Counted from the stretch's first letter, positions 25,028 through 45,706 are shown. The stretch is DNA of 64,000 nucleotides from Octopus vulgaris (GCA_951406725.2 OX597828.1:59024001-59088000), one strand, 5' to 3'. A program made the numbers and translations. The notes: a model not told the origin generated them from the letters alone.

Positions 25028-25245
25028 CTCTCTTTTTCTCTCTCACTTTCTCTCTCTCTTTCTCATTTTCTCTTTCTCACACACACAATACGCACTTTCT
25101 ATCTTGCACCCCCCCCCCATTAACACATACTTATCCCTGTCAATTTTCTCTCTCTTGCACTTTATCCTGACATCAAATGAAATGTACATTTCCACCCACA
25201 AAAATAAATTAAAAAAAAACATTTTACGGATTTTTACCGAACGCT
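23600..25245. mobile_element. Degenerate foldback-like element
   Basis: 23600-23720 inverted relative to 25125-25245 (GGAAATGTACATTTC.TTTGATGTCAG..GAGAGAAAA); inner arms about 24490-24680 vs 24880-24995. Confidence 0.55.
24063..24460 (-). mobile_element. SINE family A
   Basis: Near-full reverse-complement match to 8950-9350. Confidence 0.9.
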
Positions 25246-25364
25246 GTACCTTAACAACTTTTGGATTAGATGTTTGGTTTGACATTTTTGTGAGCCATGT
25301 CAAAAGATCGTCCAATTTCGTCCTCGGAGACATCTACACACACACACTGGCAGAATCATCTTAG

Positions 25365-26600
25365 ACGCACCTGGCAGAACTGGAAAAACATTCCTCTTGA
25401 ATCTTATTCTTGCGAAATTGTGACATAATGGTGACCTTGCTATTGCTGTTGCTGCCCCAGCAATAGTCTTGACTCTTCTCGACGGCAGATGAACAGCACA
25501 CTCTACCTTCAAATTGCCATTCAATGTTGAACATCAAGAAAACCCAACATGCCACATAATGCATTCCTCAGACGAAGCAACAATTTTGAAAAAGTGCAAA
25601 CTCATTGTTTGGGATGAAGCAACTATGTCCCATAAATGTTCCCTAACCACTTCATTTTACAATGAGAGATCTTAGATCAAACAACAACATCCTTAGAGGT
25701 GTGACTCTACTTATTGCATGAGATCTTCGGCAAACTCTGTCTATTATACCCAAAGGAACACCCGCTGATGAACATCCCTTGAAAAGTCCCTCCTTTGGTC
25801 GCATATCCAATTGAAGCAACTCACCATCAATATGAAATCACTCCTACAGACTGGTGAGCCTACAACCCAGTTTTTGGAAATACTCCTTAAAATTGGCAAT
25901 GGGCAAATTACGTCCAATGATAATGGATACATTGACACTACCACCATTGGCAACACTGTATCCAGCCCTGATGACTTATGTTCTGCTGTTTATCCAAATC
26001 TTACAACGGAATACATAAAACCAGATTGACTTCGCGACAGGGCTGTTTTTGCACCTACAAATACCGCTGTCAACACTCTTATATACGGCTTACTTGATCA
26101 GTTACCTTCTCAAGAATGTTGTTACAGATCAGGTTACAGAATTTCTCAACTCCCAAGATCCTCCAGGACTCTCTCCCCATGAACTTCACTTAAAAGCTAG
26201 TTGCATGTCATCCTCCTATGCAATCTAAATGCACTCACCATGCAATGGAACTTGCTTTGTGGTCAAACAAATGATGGACCATGTCATTGAAGCCCAAATT
26301 ATCATGGGACATGGCAAAAATAATAGTTTTCATTCCCAAAAATTCCGCTAACCCAAACAGACTCCCCCTACCCTGTGTAGAGATTTCAGTTCCCTCTGAA
26401 ACTCAGCTTCACCATGACAATTAGCAAAGCACAAAGTCAGTCGCTGAAAGTTGTCGGATTGGACCTTCAAACATCGTGCTTTTCACATGGACAGATCTAC
26501 GTCAGTTGTTCCAGAGTTGTCCATCCAGACAACTTATTCATCTATGCTCAAGAAGGAAAAACAAAGAATATCATCTGCAAAGCAACCCTTCAGTAGTTAT
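25365..26600 (+). pseudogene. Helitron PIF1-like helicase C-terminal remnant
   Basis: GKTFLLN (motif I), LIVWDEATM (II), [35 protein letters not shown] (V/VI); many stops and frameshifts. Confidence 0.88.
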
Positions 26601-27194
26601 TCCTCTACTGCATTCTTCACATCTACGCCAAACTGTAGTCGTTAGCACTCAAACTTCCTGCAAGCATTTAATTCATATGTTGCTTTATTTCCCTGATTGT
26701 TGTTAATAGTACATTACTTTCATTGACCCTTCTTACTTTGCGCACACTGTTCTCTCATAAGCATACTCTGGCATTTAGTCTTGTAGATGCCGCTATTCTA
26801 TTTGTGTGTTTGCTGTAAATGTTTGCTTCTCTTTATCATACATGACTTTCATTGAAAAAAAAAGCTTCAATGGTATTACAAGAAAAATCAGTACATGATA
26901 CAAAATGCTTCAAGTAAGATATAGGATCCCTAATACCTACTGCGATTGTGATCCCATTTCATGGACTTTCATTTATTACTAACTGCTAAATTTGTATTCA
27001 AAAAAATTTATTCATTACCTAAGTTTCTTAATACCATATCATAAGCTACTAACAAAAATGGTAATTATACATTTATGCTTATCAACTTGAAACGGCTTCT
27101 AACTGCAGACTAATTCAACTTAAACTGTCCACAAGAGTGCACCATTATAATAATTACACCATCCTAAGGACAGGTGCATTTGCATGCATATATA

Positions 27195-27228
<34 letters not shown>

Positions 27229-27292
27229 GAAAGAATGGAGTTGAACGACGATTTAACAAAATTCCTTTATTCTCGACATTCATTCAACTACT

Positions 27293-27330
<38 letters not shown>

Positions 27331-27854
27331 ACATTCTAAGATTTCTCGTTTTTTTTTTTATCCTTTGTACTTCATTCGCTATTAACCCTTTAAATGTATT
27401 AACAGCTTGTTTTCATGAGCTAACCATTGAAAATGTCCCCTCAAAACATATAATTTTATCTCTCATGTAATTTCGTTAAGATAATTACTCGTTTCTCGGT
27501 CTATTTAATCTCATTCTTATTACCATTATTTTCGTCCTGTCCCTAAACAAAGCTTTGCTTGTTCACGGTGCACCCACCCTTTCCCCCACCCCACCACCAC
27601 CAATACCGGATATTTCTATCTTTCCACCATCTACACCGGATATCCCTTCTCCCACTACCACTACCTGTGTCTATTCTCTCAACCTCTCCTCCTCACTGGG
27701 CTGTTCTCTATATTTTACCTGCACAAATGCAGCCAGCCCAGCTGCTCATCCACCCACCCACTTAACCGACTATCTTACGTTTCGTTCTGTCTAGAAATTT
27801 GTCACCACCACCACCACCACCACCAGATATCTCTTCTCCCAATTCCCACTCCTC

Positions 27855-28075
27855 GCTCCAGTTCACTCAGCTGTAGAAATGAGTTGCGACATCACTGGTG
27901 CCAAGCTGTATCGGCCTTTGCCTTTCCCTTGGATAACATCAGTGGTGTGGAGAAGGGAGGCTGGTATGCATGGGCAACTGCTAGCCTTCCACAAACAATC
28001 TTGCCGTGACTTGTGCCTCAGAGGGTAACTTTCTAGGTGCAATCCCATGGTCATTCATGACCGAAGGGGGTCTCC
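27855..28075 (+). mobile_element. SINE family D, 5'-truncated
   Basis: Matches 60260-60479. Confidence 0.85.
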
Positions 28076-28408
28076 TCGGAAACACATGTAGCGTGTAACA
28101 AACTACTTTTGTTATTTTAACTTTATAGCATTTTACTGCATGCTGTAAGTAACTTACAATACTTCTAGGATTGGGGTTGTCAAATCCTTGCTTTATCTTC
28201 CAGTTTTGTGACAAATGAATGGAATATTGTTAATCAAACAGTTTGCAAATTAATTGATCTACTGCGTTCCCTTAGACTACCTTACTAGCCAGACATATGG
28301 AAGCTACTGATCTGTCCATGATCATTGTGATTCCTTCCATTTCTTATATCTATTCATGTCATTCTAGAAATATGTGTGTGTATGTCGTTATTCAGTTTTA
28401 TTTCAAGA

Positions 28409-28789
28409 CTAGCAGTATCGCCCGGCGTTGCTCGGGTTTGTAAGGGAAATAACTATAAAGCATTTTTAGAGAGTTATAGCCAAAAAATAGCAAAAAGATG
28501 GAAAAAAATGATGGTAAATTTTTTTTAGTTAAAAAAGGTGGAGTTGCGTCCCCTAGACAGTTTGCGGTTTGTGTTTCTGATTCTCGACCCCATGTCGAAT
28601 TTATCAATTTTTTTCAGAACTGGGGGAACTTTTCAAAATTTTCGCTGCGTTAGTTTTGAATTATGACATTGGGCTATGTGTGTGTCAAGTTTCATCAGAA
28701 TCGGTTGAAAGCCGTGGTCAGGATGAGGGTACAAGAAAACAGACACACAGAAACACGCACAGACAAACTGCCGTTTATATAGAGAGAGA
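28409..28789 (-). mobile_element. Complete non-autonomous Helitron
   Basis: On the minus strand: 5' TC.., subterminal hairpin CCCGAGCAACGCCGGG, 3' CTAG, inserted between A and T. Confidence 0.88.
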
Positions 28790-28924
28790 TTTCTTGCCAA
28801 TAGAAGAAGAGATCCAAGGCTCCTTCATTAGAATATCAATAAGATCAACAGTGTATTTTTGCATGTATGTGTATACATGTGCAGTATTTGGAGTTAGTGC
28901 ATGTGCAAATTTGTATGTTTAGTT

Positions 28925-29092
28925 TTATGCATGTATTCTCATGCATATAGCTGCATGTCTAGGCATGCACATATATATATATACTTGAATGATAAACTTC
29001 TGGAAAGTTTTAGAAATTTTTACAGTTCCAGTGATGGCTTGGATCTGTAGTCTTTGAATCAGTTTTCTCTTTTCTGATTGCGAGAAGCCTAA
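28925..29092 (-). mobile_element. 3' fragment of an R4/Dong-like LINE
   Basis: LGFSQSEKRKLIQRLQIQAITGTVKISKTFQKFII; homologous ends at 33985-34095 and 34780-34910. Confidence 0.6.
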
Positions 29093-29170
29093 TACATACA
29101 TACATACATACATACATACATACATACATACATACATACATACATACATACATACATACGTATATATATA

Positions 29171-30455
29171 TACGAGGGACGTTCAATAAGTAATGCTTCT
29201 GACCCACTTGCAGTTGATTGATCTAGCTGAAATTTTGCATGTGCAATTATTAATATCTTTATAGATTAAGTGGCAAATTACAGCTCTGAACTAATTGTGG
29301 TTTCTGATTTACAGGTGTTTGAACTGAGCCAAGTGTGAAATGGAGCCAGTTGAGTGTCGAGCAGTGATCCGGTTTTTGTATTTGAAAGGACGCACACCAC
29401 GGGAGAATTTTGATGAAACTTATGCTGATGATGCCCCATCATATGACCTTGTAAAACGCTGGCATCGTGAATTTAAACATGGTCGGAACTCTGTGGAAAC
29501 AGCTCCCAGATCTGGTCGCCCCCTTCTGCCATTGATGAGGCATCTGTCCGTCAAGTTGAGGCTGCCATTTTGGAAGATCGACGCATAACTATTCGCCAAA
29601 TAGCCCATGAGATCAAGATTAGTACCGGGTCTGTGGAAACTATCATTCATGACCATTTGCATATGCAAAAGGTGTCTGCCAGATGGATTCCCAGGCTACT
29701 CACACCTTTCCAGAAGCAAGAACGCGTCGAGTGCTCGAGGATGAATTTGGAGATGTGCCAAGAAGATGAGTCAAAATTTTTCAGAAGACTGATTAGACTG
29801 GATGAAACCTGGGTCCATCACTATGATCCAGAGACCAAAGCCCAGTCAATGCAGTGGAAGCACCGTGACTCACCTCCTCCAAAGAAGGCAAGGGTGCAGC
29901 CCTCCGCTGGCAAGGTCATGCTCACAGTCTTCTGGGACCAGGACGGAGTAGTGATGACAGATTTCCTGGCAAAGGGTACCACAATTACAGGAGCCTATTA
30001 TGCTTCACTTTTGAGGAAATTAAGAGAAGCTATCAAAATCAAGAGGCGGGGCAAGATCAGCAAAGCATCCTCCTCCTGCAGGACAACGCTCCGGTTCACA
30101 ACTCGCGTGTCGCCAGATCAGAAGCACAGGCGTGCGGCTATGAACTCCTCCCCCACCCCCCTACTCTCCTGACCTTGCACCCTCTGATTTTCACCTCTTC
30201 CCAGCCATGAAGTTGTTTTTGAAAGGAAAGCATTTCCCATATGATGCAGCCTTGATTTCTGAAGTCACGTCGTGGTTGGAGGACCAAACTGGGGTCTTCT
30301 ACAAAAACGGTCTCCAGAGCTGCATCAAACGATGGGAGAAATGCGTAACTCTGGGTGGTTCCTATGTAAAAAAAGACTAATAACTGTGCCAAGTTTCGTT
30401 GCTCTACTGCTATGGGAAGTGGGCCAGGGGCATTACTTATTGAACGCCCCTCGTA
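29171..30455 (+). mobile_element. Full-length mariner transposon, frameshifted transposase (about 29340-30380)
   Basis: TIRs TACGAGGG.CGTTCAATAAGTAATGC; TA flanks; WIPRLL, DETW, QDNA and YSPDLAPSD motifs (DD34D type). Confidence 0.95.
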
Positions 30456-30456
30456 T

Positions 30457-30592
30457 AAACTTACTTGGAGAAGAGAAATAGAGAAATAACGCGTGCGTTC
30501 GGTCATATAATAACAATATAATAAATAAATAAAATATATGCATATATACATACATATATGTACATACTTACATCTACATGTATATATACATG

Positions 30593-30660
<68 letters not shown>

Positions 30661-30914
30661 TACAGGACACCACAAATAAGCGTAGAACACAACGAGAAAC
30701 GAAAACATAAAATCAAACAAGGAAACGGACTTTTTTTAACAACGAAAAAACAGAGTACAGGACAAACAATACAAGGAAAATTACCCTTCATCAGCTGCCT
30801 CTGGTTCGACTCAATGCGTGTTAAACAATTCGTTGTTAAAAAAAGTCCGTTTCCTTGTTTGATTTTATGTTTTCGTTTCTCGTTGTGTTCTACGTTTATT
30901 TGTGGTGTCTTGTA

Positions 30915-30961
<47 letters not shown>

Positions 30962-31006
30962 CAACCCATGTTAGCATGGAGAACGGACGTTAAACGATGA
31001 TGATGA

Positions 31007-31073
<67 letters not shown>

Positions 31074-31907
31074 TGTATATATACATGTAGATGTAAGTAT
31101 GTACATATATGTATGTATATATGCATATATTTTATTTATTTATTATATTGTTATTATATGACTGAATGCACGCGTGATTTCTCTATTTCTCTTCTCCAAG
31201 TAAGTTTTTATTTGAATAATCATGACGCGCACTCTTACTCTTTACTTGACTTTTCCTCCCTGCCTGTCTGTCTTCCTCTCTACTTGTCTCTCTCCTTCTT
31301 ATTTTTCACCCTTTCTGGTTTCTTTTCTCCTCTCTCTCTCCCCTCTCCTCTCTCTCTCCCCTCTCCTCTCTCTCTCCCCTCTCCTCTCTCTCTCCCCTCT
31401 CCTCTCTCTCTCCCCTCTCCTCTCTCAGGTCGTTGATCAGAGGGCTACTAAAAACTTTCTTTCAGCTTCGTGCTTCAACAAGCATACATCGACTTCCCTG
31501 TCTTTCGCAAGCCGATTTTTCACATGCGTTCTAACTAATTTTTCCACCGTCTAAGCCTAAAAAAAGCCCTTATTGTTGGTTCCCTGTCCTGTTATTCTTT
31601 ATTTGTACTGTTTTTTTCATCATTTGTATTGCTTTTACGTCCTGTTCTTGTCACTTGTTTTACCCCTCTGCAAAAGAATTTTACTTTATTCCTTTTGCAG
31701 AAAGGACTTCTTCGGCCTGGCCGTGTTCTGCCCTTACCTTCGAAACATGCATTGAGTCGAACCAGAGGCAGCTGATGAAGGGGAATTTTCCTTGTATTGT
31801 TTGTCCTGTACTCTGTTTTTTTTTGTTGTTAAAAAAAGTCCGTTTCCTTGTTTGATTTTATGTTTTCGTTTCTTGTTGTGTTCTACGTTTATTTGGGGTG
31901 TCCTGTA

Positions 31908-31973
<66 letters not shown>

Positions 31974-32082
31974 TATATATATATATATATATATGCATGT
32001 ATATATACATGTAGATGTAAGTATGTACATATATGTATGTATGTATATATGCATATATTTTATTTATTTATTATATTGTTAT

Positions 32083-32085
<3 letters not shown>
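30457..32085. mobile_element. Non-coding repeat with inverted copy plus partial tandem (Penelope-like architecture)
   Basis: 30457-30822 is an inverted copy; 30830-31160 is repeated at about 31825-32085; another copy at 62455-62670 (-). Confidence 0.6.
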
Positions 32086-32116
<31 letters not shown>

Positions 32117-32185
32117 TAGACAGATAGATGACAGACAGATATATGTATATATAATATATAATGCACAATATATATACATAAATAT

Positions 32186-32234
<49 letters not shown>

Positions 32235-32519
32235 ATGTATGTATTTATATGTGTATGTGTGTGTGTGTGTTGCTTTTAATCATTGAAATTCTTCCTCTGA
32301 AGAAGGAAGCTGGTTTCTTACAATGATACAAATCTCCACCTTTGGAATGTAGATAACAAAAACAGTGTCACATTTTAAACTTGAGAAAAGTCTTGCATAG
32401 TTTTACTGTTCTGCTGACAGATTGTATTTGTAATGTATGAATCAGTGACTGATTTCTTTTTCTGAAAATCCAAGCTTATCCAGACTGACAGTTAGGCATT
32501 TGACAGAATCGTCAGCATG

Positions 32520-32935
32520 CTGGGCAAGCTGGCAGAATCGTTAGCACGCCAGGCAAAATGCTTAGCAGTATTTCGCTGCTGCGTTCTGAGTTCAAATTCC
32601 ACTGAGGGTCGACTTTGCCTGTCATCCTTTCAGGGTCGATAAATTAAGCACCAGTTATGCACTGGGGTTGATGTAATTGACTTAATCCATTCGAATGTCC
32701 TTGTTTATCCCCTCTGTGTTTTGCCCCTTGTGGATAGTAAAGAAATAGGTATTTCGTCTGCTGTTACATTCTGAGTTCAAATTCTGCCAAGGTTGACATT
32801 GCCTTTCATCCTTTCAGGGTTGATTAAATAAGTACCAGTTACAGACTGGGGTTGATGTAATCGATTTAATCCCTTTGTCTGTCTTTGTTTGTCCCCTCTA
32901 TGTTTAGTCCCCTGAGGGCAATAAAGAAATAAGTT
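32520..32935 (+). mobile_element. SINE family B with internal duplication
   Basis: GGCAAGCTGGCAGAATCGTTAGCACGCC head; body TTCTGAGTTCAAATT..CATCCTTTCAGGGT present twice. Confidence 0.85.
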
Positions 32936-32939
32936 AGGC

Positions 32940-34100
32940 ATTTACTTACAAAACCAAACGCTCCAATTATTATTGGCATAAATGTAAATTTGTAATTCGG
33001 ATATAAAAGCTGGGGGTTTCAAAGCAGTTGCCCTTTGTTATCTTCTTTCTCATTGATTTTCAAAGAGATATTTACACCAGAAGGACAGTTGACCGCTGTG
33101 ATAATACATACTTTCTCTTGTCTGTCCCAAACAACATTATCCATCCTGTTATGCTTTCGCTTGACAGATATTTTGATGGGAATGTTCTGCCAGTATTCCT
33201 TGTGAGATGTATTCAATAACTGTGGGGGAGGGGGGTCTCTATATTTATTCCAGGACAGTCTTTTCTCTGAATGGCATTGTACATTGTTTATGTGACAATG
33301 TCATGTCACACAGGGAGGTTGTACCCTGATGACATTTTTAAGCAGCTGCTAGTCACGTGTAATGTCTTCCATAGATATATGACATAATCTACATTTATGG
33401 TTGCCTCTTAGAACACCAAAGAGACCAATAGAATAAGTACTAGGCTTTCAAAGAATAAGTCCTGGGGTCGATTTGCTCAACTAAAAGGTGGTGCTCCAGC
33501 ATGGCCACAATCAAATGACTGAAACAAGTAAAAGAGTAAAAGATTAAAAGAGTGGTCATGAGTCTAAGAGAGGCTTTGCTTCATGTCAGTGTTGCTATCT
33601 TCTTCAAGTCTTCAAGAAACATACCCATATAACATCTTTTATTGGTATGCTGAGCATTTCACCTCCAGGTCTTCTTTGAGGTATGCTAGTCCTGCTGATT
33701 TGGGGTTGTATGAGAGGTCATCAGGAAGAGAGTACTTCCTGAGGAGTTCACTTCCAACACATAGGATGTTGTTTTCCTCACTTTTCACCACTAAGTTCAT
33801 GTATTTATTTTTGCTGCTGTTGTTTGGCACATGCTGCCTGAGAGAGACTATGTGACATTCAAAGGCTGCTTGCACTGATCTCAAGTCCCTGCCTCCTTTG
33901 TCTCTTCTTAGGTAGAGCCTGTTGATATCACTATTTTTGTTGATGCTAGAATCACTATCACTATTTTCCAGTTGATATTAGAATGTATATATTCTCATGC
34001 ATATAGTTGTATATCTAGACATGCTCATATATATTTGAATGATAAACTTCTGTAAAGTTTTATAGATTTTTACAGTTCCAGTGATGGATTGGACTGTGGC
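32940..34100 (-). mobile_element. R4/Dong-like (restriction-like endonuclease) LINE remnant
   Basis: DINRLYLRRDKGGRDLRSV (post-RT); KHNRMDNVVWDRQEKVCII..CP..EKEDNK..PIIIGAFG (degenerate RPD..E..K nuclease); SINE A tail inserted at 33415-33552. Confidence 0.75.
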
Positions 34101-35140
34101 GGCTCGTAGATAAAATTAGTGGAGGTGCTGCTTCAGAAAACTTTAAGCCATTGTTTTAATATTGTCGAAAAGGAAACAAATATATAAAAAGAAAATTTAT
34201 ACATAAACTTGATCATTTCGCATTTTAGACACTGTCGGGTAGTGTGTTTAATTTGTTCACTGAACACCACCATGCATTTCCCCTTGTTTTTCAAAAATCC
34301 CCCTAAATCACAAAATAAGTGGGGAAAAAATCTGCCCTATTTTTCAAATCCTGGCAACAACACTGAGCTGGAAGCAGGGTAATAATCTAATTCTACACTT
34401 TATCACATTCAAGAATATAAACATGCTTTTAAGCACAATACATGCAGAGTCAAAAAGAAACACTAGCTTCCACCGGAACACCAGGGGTCAGCACTGTTGT
34501 TCACGCAGGGCTCTTCCTCCCTCAGACATGTGAGCAGGGTGCACACAACAGCCAAACAGCGCATCGATAGAACTGTGAAGTGCACAGTTCTATAGAAAGA
34601 TTTTTGTATTTTTTCATAAACTAGGGAATGGCTACTGACATTAAGCTTAAGGATTATATAATGTACAAATATAAAGAAAGAATTAAAGAAAAAAAGGGAC
34701 TCATTATATTGAATGTTTTCGATAATATGGAATGGAAATAGGGGGTGCTGCAGTTTCGCAGAGTCTATACATGAGCCACCACTGGGATTGGACGTGTAGT
34801 CTTTGAATTAACTTTCTCTTTCTGGTTTTGAGAAGCCTAATTTCTCAAGATTGGTATTTAGGCAGTGTATTACATATCCCAGGACCCCAATAATTACAGG
34901 TATAAACCTGAACATGTGTGTATGTATGTATATAGTCTGTGCTGTTCTACCTCAGAGTGTACGGGCATAGTTCTATAAAAGCATCTCTCTCTCTCTCTCT
35001 ATCTACCTACCTACCTATCTACCTACCTACCTATCTATCTATCTATCCATCCATCCACCCACCCACCCACCCACCCACCCATCCATCCATCCATCCATCC
35101 ATCCATCCATCCATCCATCCATCCATCCATCCATCCATCC

Positions 35141-35223
<83 letters not shown>

Positions 35224-35689
35224 AATACACACACACACACGGATATCATTCCAATTGAGATCCGAAAAAATTAATTTCTCATCTTCAGTGCAGAAAACGA
35301 ATATTATTATTCGTGTGAAAAAATCGATAAAATTTGAAAGAAATTAATAAATAATTGAATACAGTTTAAATTAAAATTCTCCAGCAGAATAAGGATTTAT
35401 TTTATAGGCACAAGGCTTGATATGACGGAATTCTGGTTCAGGCAGACACATAACTCCTCAACTTTTTTTTTTTTTTGGAATTTTGCCGATATTGTCATTG
35501 GTATTTGAGACACTTGATTTATAGTTTGTCTGTAATTTATTTTACCCGACTGTCCTAATAAAATAAGTTAGAGTTAACCTTGATGAAATTTGAACTCGAA
35601 TAGTAAGCATCCAAAACAAATTTCGTAAAGTATTTAGTTCATTGGTCGAACAATTCTGCCACGAAACAAATTAAGAAAAACTTGTAGAC

Positions 35690-36080
35690 TCAGCAGTTGA
35701 TACGAAAATGCTGCTGCTGTCCAGAAAGCTGGCTTTGGAAGTGGGCTGAATGCACGTGGGTGGATGTTTACTGTCGTTGCTTCCTGCTTTCGTCGACGTC
35801 GCACTTCGTCCTTCTCTGATGCTTGTTTCTAGCAATCGTGGACACTTCGCTTAATGTCATCGTAAATACTTTGCTGGCCGACGTAAAGAATACATACACA
35901 ATCCGTTCTCGGCGTAACAAATACCCTAACTACCACTTTACTTTCGCTTAATTGGATCCATCTGCGATGTTATTAAAATAAGAATCGTTTTAGAGATGAG
36001 GATAACATCTCCGGAATAACGTTGCTTTTGGAATTGAGCACTTTTATTGAATACTGCTGTTCTGGACTTTTGAAGTAAGT
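35690..36080 (+). other. Candidate non-coding first exon of another gene
   Basis: CpG-enriched unique stretch ending in the strong donor AA|GTAAGT at 36074/36075; no ORF. Confidence 0.3.
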
Positions 36081-36576
36081 TCTTCATTTTCATTTCAATT
36101 TAGTAGACTTAGTATGCAATGGTATTCTACCAAATATAACTGCATGTAATACTATGGTGTTATCAGCACTTTTTCGTTTCAGAGACTCTTGAAAGTGAAA
36201 CAAGTAAATTTATCGCTGTTATTTGCTTTTAATTATTCTAACTTTCTGAACTGTCGATACCCTTGGGTGTTAGTAACCAAGCTTTTCGTAATTTAATTAT
36301 CAATGTACTGGCAATAAATGCAAATATCAGGCAGCAGAGGCCGGTTTGGTACCTTGTACCTCACCGCAAAGCATTCGATGTGACATTCTCATTATTTTAG
36401 TCAGATTCACTTCATATTTTGAGAGTAAATTAATAATCCACATTAGCAAAGCATTAACTAGACAAATGTGTCAAATGACAGCATGGGAGAGATTATCTGC
36501 AAATTAAGGTGACAGTATTACTAAGGATTATACTATTTGGCAGCCCCAAACGCGTGCATTTGTGTGTGTGATTTTA

Positions 36577-36635
<59 letters not shown>

Positions 36636-36651
36636 TTACACACACACACAC

Positions 36652-36699
<48 letters not shown>

Positions 36700-39162
36700 C
36701 GTTTGGGCCCCAAAATCAAGACGCAACGACAGCATATCAAACTGATAATAATGTAACTATCATTTCGAGTTACTTGCCAACCAAGTAAAAAATGTCCGTA
36801 AATTGTTTTCACTATTTACCAAAATCTATTTGAACATTTGTATATTGTAAGTGGGTAACTTAGAATTTCATGAACCCATTAACTGGTGTCCCGGAAACAA
36901 AGTGTAAACAATCTTTAACATGATGGGATGTACCAGCAACTAACTCTAATTTTATCATCTGGATGGATGCATATAATGTGATTCATAGACAAAAAAAATG
37001 ATACCAGGATTAATTTATTGGCGGTCTTTGCTTTGAAGTACATCTGCGGAACTAAAGCATGCATTTTTTGTTTACAAACAACTACATTTCTTTGTCACTT
37101 TTCGTTCCATTTCTAAATTGTTTTCGTCAAGTTTTACCCTCACCTCATTCCGATTTTCTGGTAGTATTTTGATGTTGTCTCAGTTCCCACAAAATACTTG
37201 TTTTATCGTGAATTAAAATTATGAGTGAACTTGAATAATTGGAAACTGTAAGGTAGCCCATCGGAGGTACAGTTCATGTTCTGGGATACATTTAATCTAC
37301 TGCATGGTTTACGAAATAACCACCTGGTTTACGGTGCTTTGACTGCGTTCACTATGGGTGCTTTAACTACATCTGGGTCAAGTCTCCAATCTAAGGGTAA
37401 CTTCCTCCTTTCGTCTCCCTTGACCCCGAGGTCCTCTAAAGTATCATTAGATACTGTACCGTTCTTTTTTTTAAAAAATCGGAAAAAGAAAGCAAGTTGG
37501 ATATGCCTACACATGTATGCTTCAGCTTCGATTATATGAGAGTTTGTTGTGAAAAATTTTTTTTCTTGTGGTTGAGAAGAGTTTCGGAAATTTCACTCGA
37601 GTCGGTTTTGTTTCTTCGTAAATTTCAGAAAAATGGCTATTTTTTCATGAAATTTTCTATGAATACCTTTCAGAATGTGTCGATAACGATTATGAAAGAA
37701 TTTAGTATCGAAAAGAAAGTTGGTGCTCTGTTAGACATATATACTGATACACACCAGAATTTCTTTCGAAATATCACGTTTTATTTTGTGTATAGATGTG
37801 ATGTGTGTCAGTATGCATGTGTACGAGCCCACCAATGTTATTCCGTATTAAATTCCTATATAATTTTAATCTGCACGCTCTGAAAGGTATTTACAGAAAA
37901 TTACTCATTTTTCTGCCAGTTATGAGTAAACAAAGTCGGCTCGCGTGAATTTTCGGAAACTCCTCTCCCCACCCTCGGAAAAGTCTTTTCCATTACAAAT
38001 TCCGATATAATCAGGATCTACTCCATCCGAAGTGTATTTGTAGAAACGTTTATTAATATCCATTTTTCTGGAAGTTATGAGGCAACGAAGTAAGGGGGCG
38101 GGGCACGCACGTGGAGGTATGCCACAAGTTGTGCGTTTGTGTGTGTGTGTGTGTATACATACACACACAAACGCACATATATATATATATACATTCAGTC
38201 ATTACACTGCGGTCATGCTGGGACACTGGTTTGAAGAGTTTTATTCAAATGAATCGACTCGTGCGTATTTGTTTTTTTTTTTTTTAAGCCTGGTTTTTAT
38301 TCTATCAGTCACTTTTGCCGAACCCCTTAGTTACAGGACTTAAATACACCGACATCGGTTGTTAAGCGATGGAGGTGGGGGTGGGGCAAACACACACATT
38401 CGACGGCCTTCTTTCTGCTTCCATCTACTAAATCCCTTCACATGACTTTGGACGGTAGAAGACGCTTGCCCAAGGTGTCCCACAGTGCGACTGAACTTGG
38501 GACCATCATCATCATCATCATCGTTTAACGTCCGCTTTCCATGCTGGCATGAGTCGGACGGTTTGACTGAGGGCTGGTGAGCCGGAAGGCTGCACCAGGC
38601 TCCAATCTGATCTGGCAAAGTTTCTACAACTGGATGCCCTTCCTAAATCCAACCACTCCAAGAGTGTAGTGGGTGCTTTTATGTGCCACCGGCACAAGGG
38701 CCAGTCAAATGGTACCGACTAAAGCTTTGTGATTGATTTTGGTAGGCAGAAGTTAGTGCTGCATGTGTATATGTGTGTGTGTGTGTGTGTAGGTGCTTGT
38801 ACCTCTCCGAGAGAGAGAGAGAGAGAGAGAGGTGGGGACTATATGATTGGGAAACAAGTTTCTTACCACGCAGTCACACTTACACCTACAACATGTCTGC
38901 ACGCACACACACACACACACATCTCAAAACGGACTCTGAAGCCTGGTGAGTCTTCTGCTTAGCCAGCTCCTGTCAAACTGTCCCACCCATGCCAGCATGG
39001 AAAGCATAACTTATACACATGCAATGAACATTTTGATGTTTCTTAGAATACAGTTCTGCATATCACAAGAGTGAATTTAAAGGCTATCATGAATCTTTTG
39101 TGATGTAATTGTTTCAATTTCAGTGAGTGATCTCAGACAAGTCATTTGTCAAACTGTAAAAG

Positions 39163-39198
<36 letters not shown>

Positions 39199-39288
39199 AT
39201 ATATATTTAAGTAGGTGAATGAATTATCGTATGTTTATTGAAATCATCAGCATGGAAAATTGTCTTGTTGTTGAGAGAGGCTCCCTTT

Positions 39289-39369
39289 CTTTCTTGATGA
39301 GAAGATTGCATAGTGCACCCTTTATTCCTTTGGAATGAAAATATGCTGCCCTTCGAAACATGTCGAGAG
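39289..39369 (+). ncRNA. Type I hammerhead-like motif (C3U variant)
   Basis: CUUUC-UUGAUGA-GAAG(46 nt)CUUC-GAAA-CAUG-UC-GAGAG; palindromic ACAUGU, GUC site. Confidence 0.65.
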
Positions 39370-39416
39370 TAAAGGAATTTTGTTAACATCTTCGTTCGAC
39401 TCCATTCTTTCATTTA

Positions 39417-45597
<6,181 letters not shown>

Positions 45598-45600
45598 ATA

Positions 45601-45706
<106 letters not shown>

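Noticed and set aside
25365-26600. Host PIF1 helicase gene
   Set aside because: Intronless, with many stops and frameshifts; motifs are Helitron-type
34567-34593. Small hairpin ATAGAACTGTG-AAGTG-CACAGTTCTAT (similar ones near 40880 and 61545)
   Set aside because: Isolated stems of 9-12 bp in repeat-rich DNA with no supporting context
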